Below are positions 1 through 8,365 of a DNA stretch of 64,000 nucleotides, piece after piece (position 1 is the stretch's first letter; the number at the start of each line of letters is the position of its first letter). Below the pieces are notes generated by a model. That model made no database searches and was not told the DNA's origin. It worked only from the letters and a program-made list of their open reading frames with translations. The stretch spans positions 37,576 through 101,575 of the forward strand of contig CAVQSB010000007.1 of the NCBI GenBank assembly GCA_963715305.1, in the 5' to 3' direction. The translations under genes and the position numbers were made by a program. The DNA comes from an uncultured Actinomycetota bacterium (GTDB taxonomy: Bacteria > Actinomycetota > Acidimicrobiia > Spongiisociales > UBA4744).

Positions 1-879
1 CTCACCGGTGGCCCATTGTCGGGAGAGTTGCCAGGCCGTCTCGAGTGGACTACTGACGTCGTAACGGCCGTGGATGAGAACCCCCGGGATGCTGTTGAGG
101 AGCGACGCATCCCGGAGGAGCTGGTCCTCTTCCAGGAAGGCCGAGTTCCGCCAGTAGTGCGTGACCAGCCGGGCAAAACGCAAGCGGAATTCCGGGTCCT
201 GAAAACGAGGGTTGGGGCGATACCCCGGGGTGAGCGAGACATGAGCATCTTCCCAGGCGCACCATTGTCTCGCAGCCATCTCGCGAACAGCCGGGTCGGG
301 GTCGGCCAGCAAGACGGCGTAGGCATCGACCAGGCGCAGGTGCCGCAATCCGGCAGGTACACCGCGCGCGAACTCGTCCCATTGCTGCGGGAAGATCCGG
401 CCGACGTCTCGGGTCAGCCATTCCACCTCGCGCCGGGACGTTGTGGTCACCAGAGCCAATACCAGCGCATCAACGTTGTTTGGATGAGTCTGGCTGTAGG
501 CCAGGGCCAGCGTCGTCCCCCAGGACATACCCAGGACGGTCCAGCGGTCGACCTCCAGATATCGGCGTAGCGCTTCGATATCTGCGATCAGGTGCCCGGT
601 CGTGTTGGTTGTGAGATCGGCCCTTTCCTCATCGGGCAGCGGCCGACTGCGACCCGATCCACGCTGATCGAAAAGAACAACCTGGTAGGTATCCGGATCG
701 AAGAAGCGGCGCTGGCCCGGCGTGCAACCGGACCCGGGTCCACCGTGGAGGAACAGGGCAGGCTTCCCGTCGGGGTTCCCGCAGCATTCCCAATAGATCC
801 GGTGCCCGTCACCGACGTCCATCATGCCGCTTTCGTAAGGTTCAATCGGTGGGAATTGGATCTGCATCCACTGCTCCAT
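1..879 (-). CDS. pip: prolyl aminopeptidase (proline iminopeptidase, S33), C-terminus outside window
   Basis: Absent from the ORF track because it runs off the left edge. My minus-strand translation from ATG 879 reads MEQWMQIQFPPIEPYESGMMDVGDGHRIYWECCGNPDGKPALFLHGGPGSGCTPGQRRFFDP...LGMSWGTTLALAY. It shows the HGGPG and GxSxG hallmarks of the family. Confidence 0.85.
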   Translation of the reverse strand, partial: MEQWMQIQFPPIEPYESGMMDVGDGHRIYWECCGNPDGKPALFLHGGPGSGCTPGQRRFFDPDTYQVVLFDQRGSGRSRPLPDEERADLTTNTTGHLIADIEALRRYLEVDRWTVLGMSWGTTLALAYSQTHPNNVDALVLALVTTTSRREVEWLTRDVGRIFPQQWDEFARGVPAGLRHLRLVDAYAVLLADPDPAVREMAARQWCAWEDAHVSLTPGYRPNPRFQDPEFRLRFARLVTHYWRNSAFLEEDQLLRDASLLNSIPGVLIHGRYDVSSPLETAWQLSRQWATGE

Positions 880-980
880 CGTGGGCGGGCAGGGCGACAC
901 TACCCAGGTCCTTCTCGAGATCAGGTCACTCTTCGGACGATCTGCTGATGGCCCCGGCCGGGGGGTGTAGGTTTCGAACA

Positions 981-1784
981 ATGCCGGAGGTGCAAATGGA
1001 GATCGTGGACCTCTCGCCCGAGTATGAGAATTCCTACCTGGTGTGCCTCGAGGACTGGTCCTACGAGATGGAGGAGGCCGGGGACCACAAAGCTCGTTGG
1101 TACGGCGCGATGCGGGACCGCGGCCTGCGGGTCAAGCTGGCGATCAACGAAGACGCCCGACCGATTGGCATGATCCAGTACCTTCCCATCGAACACTCGA
1201 TGGCCCTCGGCTCCGGACTCTTCATGGTCATGTGCATCTGGGTGCACGGCTACAAGCAGGGTGTCGGCAAACAGCAGGGCGTCGGGGTGGGCACGGCCTT
1301 GCTGGCAGCCGCGGAACACGACGCCGCGAACCTGGGAGCCACAGGGATGGCTGCGTGGGGGGTTGCTTTGCCGTTCTGGATGAAGGCTGCGTGGTTCAAG
1401 AAGCACGGCTACGAGCGGGCCGATCGACGGGGACGGCAGGTCTTGGTGTGGAAACCGTTCTCGCCGGACGCCGTTGCTCCCCGCTGGATCGAGCAAGGCC
1501 CTAAACCCGCGAAGGTGGAGGGCAAGGTCGCGGTGACCGCTTTTGTCAACGGTTGGTGTCCGTCCTGCAACCTGGTTTATGAACGAGCGAAGCGGGCGGC
1601 GGCGGCGTTGGGTGATGATGTCGTGTTCGAGAGTTTCGACACCATCGAGCAGTCGGCCATGGTGGCGTGCGGGCAGTCCGATTGCGTCTTTCTGGATGGG
1701 AAGACTCTGCAGAAGGGCCCGCCTCCCTCCTACGACCGCATCGCCAAAGAGATGTCCAAGCGAGTCGCCAGGCTGCACCGCTGA
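981..1784 (+). CDS. GNAT-type N-acetyltransferase fused to a thioredoxin/glutaredoxin-like C-terminal domain (CPSC motif)
   Basis: ORF 849..1784. An internal ATG at 981 (MPEVQMEIVDL...) avoids overlap with pip. Has a GNAT-like core (QGVGVGTALLAAAE) and C-terminal VNGWCPSCNLVYERAKR. Confidence 0.6.
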   Translation: MPEVQMEIVDLSPEYENSYLVCLEDWSYEMEEAGDHKARWYGAMRDRGLRVKLAINEDARPIGMIQYLPIEHSMALGSGLFMVMCIWVHGYKQGVGKQQGVGVGTALLAAAEHDAANLGATGMAAWGVALPFWMKAAWFKKHGYERADRRGRQVLVWKPFSPDAVAPRWIEQGPKPAKVEGKVAVTAFVNGWCPSCNLVYERAKRAAAALGDDVVFESFDTIEQSAMVACGQSDCVFLDGKTLQKGPPPSYDRIAKEMSKRVARLHR

Positions 1785-1809
1785 AGAGGACTCAGGCTAT
1801 TCTCGCCCG

Positions 1810-2298
1810 ATGAGCACCACGAGTTCGGAACTGGCGGCTGCCCGGTTGTTGTCGGGTCATCGATGGGCAGCGTTGGCGACCCTTGGTGAGGATGGTCCGG
1901 CGGCCTCCATGGTTGCCTATGCCCCGGCGTTCGACCTGACGAGTCTGCACCTGTTTCTCAGCGGACTGTCCGAGCACACCCGCAACGTCATCGCGCAACC
2001 GCGGGTTGCGCTCGTCGTCTCGGAAGTTGATCCCGGCTCCGGTGATCCCCAGACCCTGGCCCGGGTCAGCGCCAAGGGAACGGCCGAGATCGTCGAACGG
2101 ACCGCACCCGGGTTTGACGCCGCGTGGCGGACGTATGTGGGCCGGTTTCCGGACGCCGCCCCCCGGATCGCTCTCGGTGATTTCTCGCTGTTTCGGCTGA
2201 CCATCCTCGAAGCTCGCTACGTCGGAGGGTTTGCCATGGCCGGGACCATCCCGGTCGGTCGGTTGTCCGTCGCGGCCGCCCGGTTGATAGACCGGTGA
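1810..2298 (+). CDS. pyridoxamine 5'-phosphate oxidase-like FMN-binding protein (HugZ/PNPOx split-barrel family)
   Basis: In-frame ATG at 1810 in ORF 1543..2298. Reads MSTTSSELAAARLLSGHRWAALATLGEDGPAASMVAY...ARYVGGFA, typical of the family. Confidence 0.6.
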   Translation: MSTTSSELAAARLLSGHRWAALATLGEDGPAASMVAYAPAFDLTSLHLFLSGLSEHTRNVIAQPRVALVVSEVDPGSGDPQTLARVSAKGTAEIVERTAPGFDAAWRTYVGRFPDAAPRIALGDFSLFRLTILEARYVGGFAMAGTIPVGRLSVAAARLIDR

Positions 2299-2334
2299 TC
2301 TCACGTTTCTGCCTCGTCCGGCGTTATACCTGAT

Positions 2335-2802
2335 GTGAAGCTGCCACCGTTCCAAACGCTCCTGGATACCCACCGGGAAGATATCTATCGATTTCTCGCG
2401 GCTTCGGTTGGCCGCAACGAGGCTGACGACTGTTTCCAAGAGACCTTCCTGGCTGCGCTGGGTGCCTATCCGGGTCTCGGCGATGCATCCAATTTGCGGG
2501 GTTGGTTGTTCACGATCGCCCACCACAAGGCAATCGATGCCCATCGTCGGCGGAAGCGGACCGGCATATCCATGGCCGAAGTCCCCGACCCGGGTGACCT
2601 GCGAGAGCCTGATCTGGTTGATCAAGCGTTGTGGGCCAAGGTGAGCGAGCTCCCCGCCAAGCAGCGGTCGTCGATTGTTCTGCGGTATGTGGAGGACCTC
2701 CCGTTTCGGTCGATTGGAGAGGTAATTGGTTGTTCTGAGTCCGCTGCCAGACAGAATGTGCGCGCCGGTCTCAGCAAGCTGCGAGAGGACTACCGGATAT
2801 GA
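2335..2802 (+). CDS. ECF-type RNA polymerase sigma-70 family factor
   Basis: 155 aa. Region 2 (DIYRFLAASVGRNEADDCFQETFLAA...WLFTIAHHKAIDAHRRR) and region 4 (LPAKQRSSIVLRYVEDLPFRSIGEVIGCSESAARQNVRAGLSKL). Confidence 0.85.
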   Translation: MKLPPFQTLLDTHREDIYRFLAASVGRNEADDCFQETFLAALGAYPGLGDASNLRGWLFTIAHHKAIDAHRRRKRTGISMAEVPDPGDLREPDLVDQALWAKVSELPAKQRSSIVLRYVEDLPFRSIGEVIGCSESAARQNVRAGLSKLREDYRI

Positions 2803-3392
2803 ACGATGTGGAACGTGCGCTCACCAACCTCGGCGACCTGACCGTCCCGGCGACGGCTGCGGCCGAGCGGTTTGTTGATGCGGCCGGGAAGTTGGTCGAC
2901 ATTGCCTACTCCACCATGGATTCGCCTATCGGGGTTCTCCTCCTGGCAGCGTCGCCGGCGGGCCTGTTGCGGATAGGGTTCGACAACGAAACGGAGGTGC
3001 TGACCGACCTGGCCGATCGCGTTTCACCGCGAATTCTCGAGTTCCCGGATCGGCTGGCCGGGGTGAAAGCCGAGCTGAGCGAGTACTTTGCCGGGAGTCG
3101 GGATCACTTCAATCTCCCGCTCGATTGGACCCTCATCGGCGGATTCCGCCGGCACATACTCGAGGTTACGGCCCGTATCCCGTATGGGGCCGTGTCGACG
3201 TACCAGGACGTTGCCGGGCAGGCGGGTCGTCCAAAGGGTGCCAGGGCGGCCGGTCAAGCGCTGGGCGGCAATCCAATTCCGGTCATCATTCCCTGCCACC
3301 GGGTCCTTCGGAGCGGGGGAGGCCTGGGAGGCTACGCCGGCGGCACCGATCGCAAGGCGTTCCTGCTACGACTCGAAGGCTCCTTACGGTGA
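2799..3392 (+). CDS. ogt: methylated-DNA--protein-cysteine methyltransferase (Ogt/MGMT family)
   Basis: 197 aa with the PCHRV active site (IPVIIPCHRVLRSGGGLGGYAGG). The start overlaps the sigma stop (ATGA at 2799-2802). Confidence 0.85.
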   Translation: MNDVERALTNLGDLTVPATAAAERFVDAAGKLVDIAYSTMDSPIGVLLLAASPAGLLRIGFDNETEVLTDLADRVSPRILEFPDRLAGVKAELSEYFAGSRDHFNLPLDWTLIGGFRRHILEVTARIPYGAVSTYQDVAGQAGRPKGARAAGQALGGNPIPVIIPCHRVLRSGGGLGGYAGGTDRKAFLLRLEGSLR

Positions 3393-3433
3393 GCCGAGTC
3401 GCCGCTCTATGCGGATATGCGTACGGTGAGGAG

Positions 3434-3912
3434 ATGCAAAATACCGCTGCACGCCGCCGGACCATCCGGCGCATCCTCATGACGAGGCATATCACGCGAC
3501 AGAGCGACCTCGTCGAGCAACTCGTCGAGGAGGGCTTCCGGGTCACCCAGGCGACCGTGTCTCGCGACCTCTCACGGAGATGGGGGCGACCAAGCGCCGC
3601 TCGTCCGACGGACTTTTCGGGTACTCCGTGCCCGAAGAACCCCCTTCCGAGGATGCGGGCAGCGAGGTCGTTGCAAGAGCCCTGGCCAAGTTCGCCAATA
3701 CGATCACCTCGACGGGCAGTCTCGTCGTCATCAAAACACCACCTGGTGCCGCCCAGGTTGTCGCCAGTGCGGTCGACGCAGCGGTCCTCGGAGGAGTGCT
3801 CGGCACGGTCGCCGGTGACGACACGTTGTTGATCGTCGTCGACGAACAGGTCGGGGGTTGGCGAGTGGCCAAGGAACTGGAGCGTATAGGAGCTGGACAA
3901 CGACGAAGGTAG
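3434..3912 (+). pseudogene. argR: arginine repressor ArgR, reading frame broken by an apparent 1-nt deletion near 3574-3579
   Basis: The N-terminal wHTH (MQNTAARRRTIRRILMTRHITRQSDLVEQLVEEGFRVTQATVSRDLS) is in the frame of ORF 3125..3832. The C-terminal oligomerisation domain (GATKRRSSDGLFGYSVP...TGSLVVIKTPPGAAQVVASAVD...GTVAGDDTLLIVV) is in ORF 3580..3912. The span is 479 nt, not a multiple of 3. GGTGAGGAG lies upstream of ATG 3434. Confidence 0.7.
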
Positions 3913-3961
3913 TACCGGCCTATTCCGCAAGCCCTGGACATGTCGGTGTTCCTGACGTGGC

Positions 3962-4568
3962 TCATCGAGGAAGTCGGTTCCCTTTTTGTCTTTCCGGCCC
4001 AGCGGTTGACGCGTTTCGGTGCTCGATCGGCTGGCCGAGCTGCGCTCGATCCCGGGGGAGGGATGGCCGGGTTTCCTGCCGGTGGTGAGGGTTTTCCAGT
4101 TCCTTTGGCGCTAGTCGAAGACTCGAATTCCTCCAGGGTGGATTCGCCCCACGGCCACTCTTCGTCTTTTCGTTCCCGGACTTCGGCCCCCATGAGGATG
4201 AGCGATCGGGTCCGTTCGGGGTGGGCGGCGGCGAACAGCATGGAAAGAGGGCCCCCTTCGGAGGCGCCGATCAGGCTGGCGGAATCACTTCCGGTGGCGT
4301 CCATGACCGCCCGGATGTCATCCATGCGGACGTCGAGTGGTGTCGTGCCCGGAACCCGATCCGACATGCCCATGCCGCGCTTATCGAAGAGGATGACCCG
4401 GGCGAATGCACCCAACATCTCACAGAATCGTCGGTAGGCGGGTAACTCCCATTGGACTTCGAGGTGCGACCAGGCGCCCTGCACGTAGACGATGTCGATC
4501 GGACCGTCGCCGACAACGTGATAGGCCACGTGAACGTCGCCGCTGCGGGCGAACTGGATATCGAGCAT
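3962..4568 (-). pseudogene. alpha/beta hydrolase with an intact N-terminal half and a degenerate or truncated 3' part
   Basis: ORF 3543..4631 reads well from MLDIQFARSGDVHVAYHVVGDGPIDIVYVQG...LFDKRGMGMSDRV...LIGASEGGP (GxSxG) to ...WPWGESTLEEFES (~4110). After that it turns into low-complexity sequence antisense to argR. No frame supplies the acid/His part of the triad. The 3' boundary is uncertain. Confidence 0.5.
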
Positions 4569-4631
4569 GCTTCGACTGTAGTGGCGGGTGTCGGGCAACC
4601 CCGGGCGCGATCGGCCGTGGTCAGCCGGCAA

Positions 4632-5348
4632 CTACCCGCGATCGAGCAGGAGCCCCTCCAGGGCGATCAGAACCATGTCGTCGAACGTCTTCTCCCGCTC
4701 GGCGGACGAGGTGGACTCGCCGGTCGTGATGTGATCGCTGACGGTGAGAACGGTCAGCGCCCGGGCGCCGGTTTCTGCGGCAACACCGTAGAGGCCGGCT
4801 GCTTCCATCTCGACGGCGAGGACGCCCATGGCGGCCATGATCTCGAAGTTCGCTTTGTTGGGGTTATAGAAGAGGTCGGACGAGTGGACGTTGCCAACGC
4901 GGGCCTTGACGCCGGCGACCGCGGCCGCCTGATGCGTGGCACGCAACAGGCCGAAGTCGGCGGTGGCAGAGAAGTCAAAGCCACCGTAACGAGCCCGGTT
5001 CACCCCGGAGTCTGTCGAAGCACCAATCGCGAGGATGACGTCGCGAATTCCGACCTTCGAGCTCAGTCCACCGCAAGAACCAACGCGAACGAGACGCTGT
5101 ACCCCGTATTCATTGACAAGTTCGGTGGCGTAGATCGATGCCGACGGGATACCCATGCCGGTGCCCATCACCGAGACAGGCAGGGTCTTGTAGGTGCCGG
5201 TGAATCCGAGCATGTTGCGTACGCCGGTCACCCGGCGAGCACCCTCGAGGTATGTGTCCGCGATGTGTTGTGCGCGCAGCGGATCCCCCGGTAGCAATAC
5301 CGCCTCGGCAAAATCACCGGGGGAGGAGTCGATGTGCGGCGTCGGCAT
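4632..5348 (-). CDS. deoD: purine nucleoside phosphorylase, DeoD type
   Basis: 238 aa: MPTPHIDSSPGDFAEAVLLPGDPLRAQHIADTYLEG...GMGIPSASIYATEL...VEMEAAGLYGVAA. Full-length DeoD signature. Confidence 0.9.
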   Translation of the reverse strand: MPTPHIDSSPGDFAEAVLLPGDPLRAQHIADTYLEGARRVTGVRNMLGFTGTYKTLPVSVMGTGMGIPSASIYATELVNEYGVQRLVRVGSCGGLSSKVGIRDVILAIGASTDSGVNRARYGGFDFSATADFGLLRATHQAAAVAGVKARVGNVHSSDLFYNPNKANFEIMAAMGVLAVEMEAAGLYGVAAETGARALTVLTVSDHITTGESTSSAEREKTFDDMVLIALEGLLLDRG

Positions 5349-5454
5349 AGAAATCCTTTCGAGATCAGAAAGCCCAAAGCTAGTGGATGGCTCTTTCTAT
5401 CCGAATTTCTTGCGGTCGGATCGGATGGATGGCATCTACCATCCACGCGACGTT

Positions 5455-6420
5455 ATGGCACAGAAGAAAAGAGCAATCTCAACGGGGGCAAACCTCATTG
5501 GAGGATTTGTCGGCCTGGTCGGCTCTGCCCTTTTCAGCCTCACCGTGGCGGGGTTCCTGGGGGGCATCTGGTGGGGTTTTGATCTGGCCTCGCACTTCCG
5601 TGTTCAATACGCAGCCTTGCTGGTGCCGGTTATCGCAGTGCTGGCCGGGGTTGGGTGGCGTCGGAGCGCAGGGGTGGCCACGACCGCGCTCCTGGTCAAC
5701 CTGGCCCTAGTTGCACCCTTGTACCTGGCCCAGCCGGCAGCCGCAGACGGTAACGAGACGATCGAGGTCATCAGTTTCAACGTGACGGCCTCCAACCCGG
5801 AACGGGAGGCCGTGCTCGAGTACCTGGGTGCCAGCGGGGCCGACATCATCTTCCTGCACGAATCGTCAACTGATTGGGAGGACGCCCTCAGCAGGTCAGG
5901 CTTGTCCTACCGAATGGTCAGCGCCCGGGAACCGGGTTCGGTGTTCGGCACGTTGGCCTTGATCCGGGACGAGGCGGTGGCCACCGTGATTCCCCTCGGC
6001 GATTTCGGCCAATGGTCGATCGAAGTCGTCACCGAGCTGAACGGGAACGAGGTCAAGGTGCTCGGGACCCATCCACTTTCTCCGGTGAGCCCCAGCCGGG
6101 CCGCAGCTCGCGATGAGCAACTGCGGATCATCGGTGAGTGGGCAGAGCAGCAGGAGGTGCCCGTTGTGGTGACCGGGGACTTCAACGCATCGACCTGGTC
6201 GCGCGGGTTTACGCTGGTCGACGGCCCGGCAGATCTGACCAATTCGCAACGGGGATTCGGCGTCCAGCCATCCTGGCCGGCCGGCTTCCCCCTGTTCGGT
6301 ATCCCTATCGATCACCTCATCCATAGCCCCGAATTGACGACGATTGATCGGCGTTTGGGGGAGAGCCTCGGATCCGACCACTTTGCGCTCATTGTGACGA
6401 TCGGGTGGGGCGCGAACTAG
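5455..6420 (+). CDS. endonuclease/exonuclease/phosphatase (EEP) family membrane protein
   Basis: In-frame ATG at 5455 (MAQKKRAIS...) in ORF 5194..6420. N-terminal TM helices are followed by an EEP domain (VISFNV...VVTGDFNAS...GSDHFALIV). An alternative ATG at 5425 is possible. Confidence 0.75.
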   Translation: MAQKKRAISTGANLIGGFVGLVGSALFSLTVAGFLGGIWWGFDLASHFRVQYAALLVPVIAVLAGVGWRRSAGVATTALLVNLALVAPLYLAQPAAADGNETIEVISFNVTASNPEREAVLEYLGASGADIIFLHESSTDWEDALSRSGLSYRMVSAREPGSVFGTLALIRDEAVATVIPLGDFGQWSIEVVTELNGNEVKVLGTHPLSPVSPSRAAARDEQLRIIGEWAEQQEVPVVVTGDFNASTWSRGFTLVDGPADLTNSQRGFGVQPSWPAGFPLFGIPIDHLIHSPELTTIDRRLGESLGSDHFALIVTIGWGAN

Positions 6421-6505
6421 TCGCCGGTGGTTGCACAGGCGACCGACCGGGAACGCTATGTGGGCCGCGTAGCGTTGTGTCCGCAGAGCGACCCGAAAGC
6501 ATTCC

Positions 6506-8029
6506 ATGACGGCCATCCTTGAAACCGAACCTCGCGATGAAGGCGTGATCGCCCGGCCATGGTTGTTGCTGATGCTCGCCGTTTCGTTTGGGATTGCGGT
6601 TGATGTACTCATCCTCCGCCGGCCGGTCGGGTTGGGCGCCTCGATTGTGGGGATCTCCGTAGCGTCCGGATTGCTGGTCGGACGCACTTTCTTTGGCCTT
6701 TCTGCTACACGAGAGTCCTTTGTGCTGGCGGCCGCTCTCGGTTTCTGGTCCGTTCTCATTTCGATACGCAATGCGCCGGGGCTCGTCTTTCTCAACTCGG
6801 TCGCTGCCGTACTCGTGCTCGGCCTGACCTTCCGGTTGCTGAGGAGCGGTGGACTACCGCAGTGGACGATCGCCGGATACGTCCGATCGGGTTTCGCCAC
6901 CCTCGGCGGGTGGATTGCCCAACCACTCGGGTTCTTCTCCTCTGACCTCGGAGGACACTGGCCGAAGGCGGATCAGTTCGGGCGAGCCGGCCGGGTTCTC
7001 GTCGGGGTGTTCCTGGCCCTCCCGCTGCTCGCCATCTTTGCGGCTCTGTTTGCTTCGGCCGATCCGGTGTTCGAGGGATACCTCAGCTCGGTTTTTTCGA
7101 TTGACGTCGAGGTTGCCTCGATCGCCGGACACCTGATTGCTGTGCTTTCGGCCACCTGGCTGGCAATCGGTGCCGCCCGCTATGCGATGGTGCCGCACTT
7201 CGAATCACCAACTCGCGAGCTCAGGCCGCTCCTCGGCCCGATCGAGGGGGCCACCGTGCTCATACTCCTCAACGGTTTGTTTCTGGCGTTCGTCGTCGTT
7301 CAATCGGCCTATCTCTTCGGGGGAAGGGAGACGCTGGGCCGGGTCGGATTGACCCATTCGGAGTACGCCCGGCGAGGGTTCTTTGAGCTGGTGGTGGTCG
7401 GTTCACTCGTGGTCGGCCTGGTGTTGGCCATCGACTGGATGATTCAGAGAAAGGATGTTCGCACTCGGGTCGTCGACCTGCTGCAGGGCGGATTGATCGC
7501 CCTGACCCTGGTGGTCCTCGTCAGCGCCGTCCAACGCATGCGGCTCTACACCGAGGACTTTGGCCTGACCGAGTTGCGGCTCTACACCAGCGTGTTCATG
7601 GCCTGGGTCTTCGTGGTGCTCGGCTGGCTGGCTTTCACCGTGCTGCGAGGGCGCCGGGCTACGTTCGCCCTTGGTGCCTTTGGGTCGGCGCTGGTGGTTC
7701 TGGCCGCCTTGACTCTCGCCAATCCGGCCGGGGTGATCGTCAGGACCAATACCGGTCGAGTTGCCGCCGCCCTTCCCGAACTCGACGTGGACTACCTGGT
7801 AGATCTTGGTTCAGACGCCGTTCCCGGTCTGATCGCAGTTCTCGACGATATTTCGTCGTGTCAAACCAGGTCAGATCTCGCGGAGGCCATGCTCCGGGCC
7901 CGCGCAGTTGGGTTCGGCCGGCCCGGCGACGATTGGCGCAGCTTTACCTGGAGCCAATGGGGCGCGGAGCGGGCCTTCGCGGGCGCCGAGCCGCACCTGG
8001 TGGCGGTGGCCTCCGGCGCTTGTCCTTGA
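6506..8029 (+). CDS. polytopic membrane protein (DUF4153/DUF4173-like)
   Basis: 507 aa with many hydrophobic helices. Family assignment is from memory of similar actinobacterial proteins. Confidence 0.55.
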   Translation: MTAILETEPRDEGVIARPWLLLMLAVSFGIAVDVLILRRPVGLGASIVGISVASGLLVGRTFFGLSATRESFVLAAALGFWSVLISIRNAPGLVFLNSVAAVLVLGLTFRLLRSGGLPQWTIAGYVRSGFATLGGWIAQPLGFFSSDLGGHWPKADQFGRAGRVLVGVFLALPLLAIFAALFASADPVFEGYLSSVFSIDVEVASIAGHLIAVLSATWLAIGAARYAMVPHFESPTRELRPLLGPIEGATVLILLNGLFLAFVVVQSAYLFGGRETLGRVGLTHSEYARRGFFELVVVGSLVVGLVLAIDWMIQRKDVRTRVVDLLQGGLIALTLVVLVSAVQRMRLYTEDFGLTELRLYTSVFMAWVFVVLGWLAFTVLRGRRATFALGAFGSALVVLAALTLANPAGVIVRTNTGRVAAALPELDVDYLVDLGSDAVPGLIAVLDDISSCQTRSDLAEAMLRARAVGFGRPGDDWRSFTWSQWGAERAFAGAEPHLVAVASGACP

Positions 8030-8365
8030 TCGCCTGCGGAGAGCAAACTCAGCCTGTGCTGGCGGGGCTTTGCCGACGCTACCTGCCGCTCTGCCATGAG
8101 TTGGCGTGGCCGGCCGCCGCAGTCGTGCCACCGCTGCACCAAGCAGGACGGCGTTGTTCGTTTGAGGCCGCCTGGAGGCGTTCGGGCGCCCCGGCGAGGT
8201 CGGGCGTCCCGCTCGTTGTGGAGACGTGGTCGTGGAGCGTGGGTAGAAGTCGTCGTAGGCATGGGAGCCTCCTTGATTTTGGAACCCATGTGACCAACCG
8301 AACGTAACGATTGGGGGCGGCTTTTCGTGAAGAGTGGATGAAGCCGGACAGCTACCCTGCTGGCC

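Noticed and set aside
3543-4631. 362-aa ORF taken at face value as one protein
   Set aside because: Only the first ~175 residues look like a real alpha/beta hydrolase. The remainder is Arg/Pro/Ser-rich and antisense to the well-conserved argR halves.
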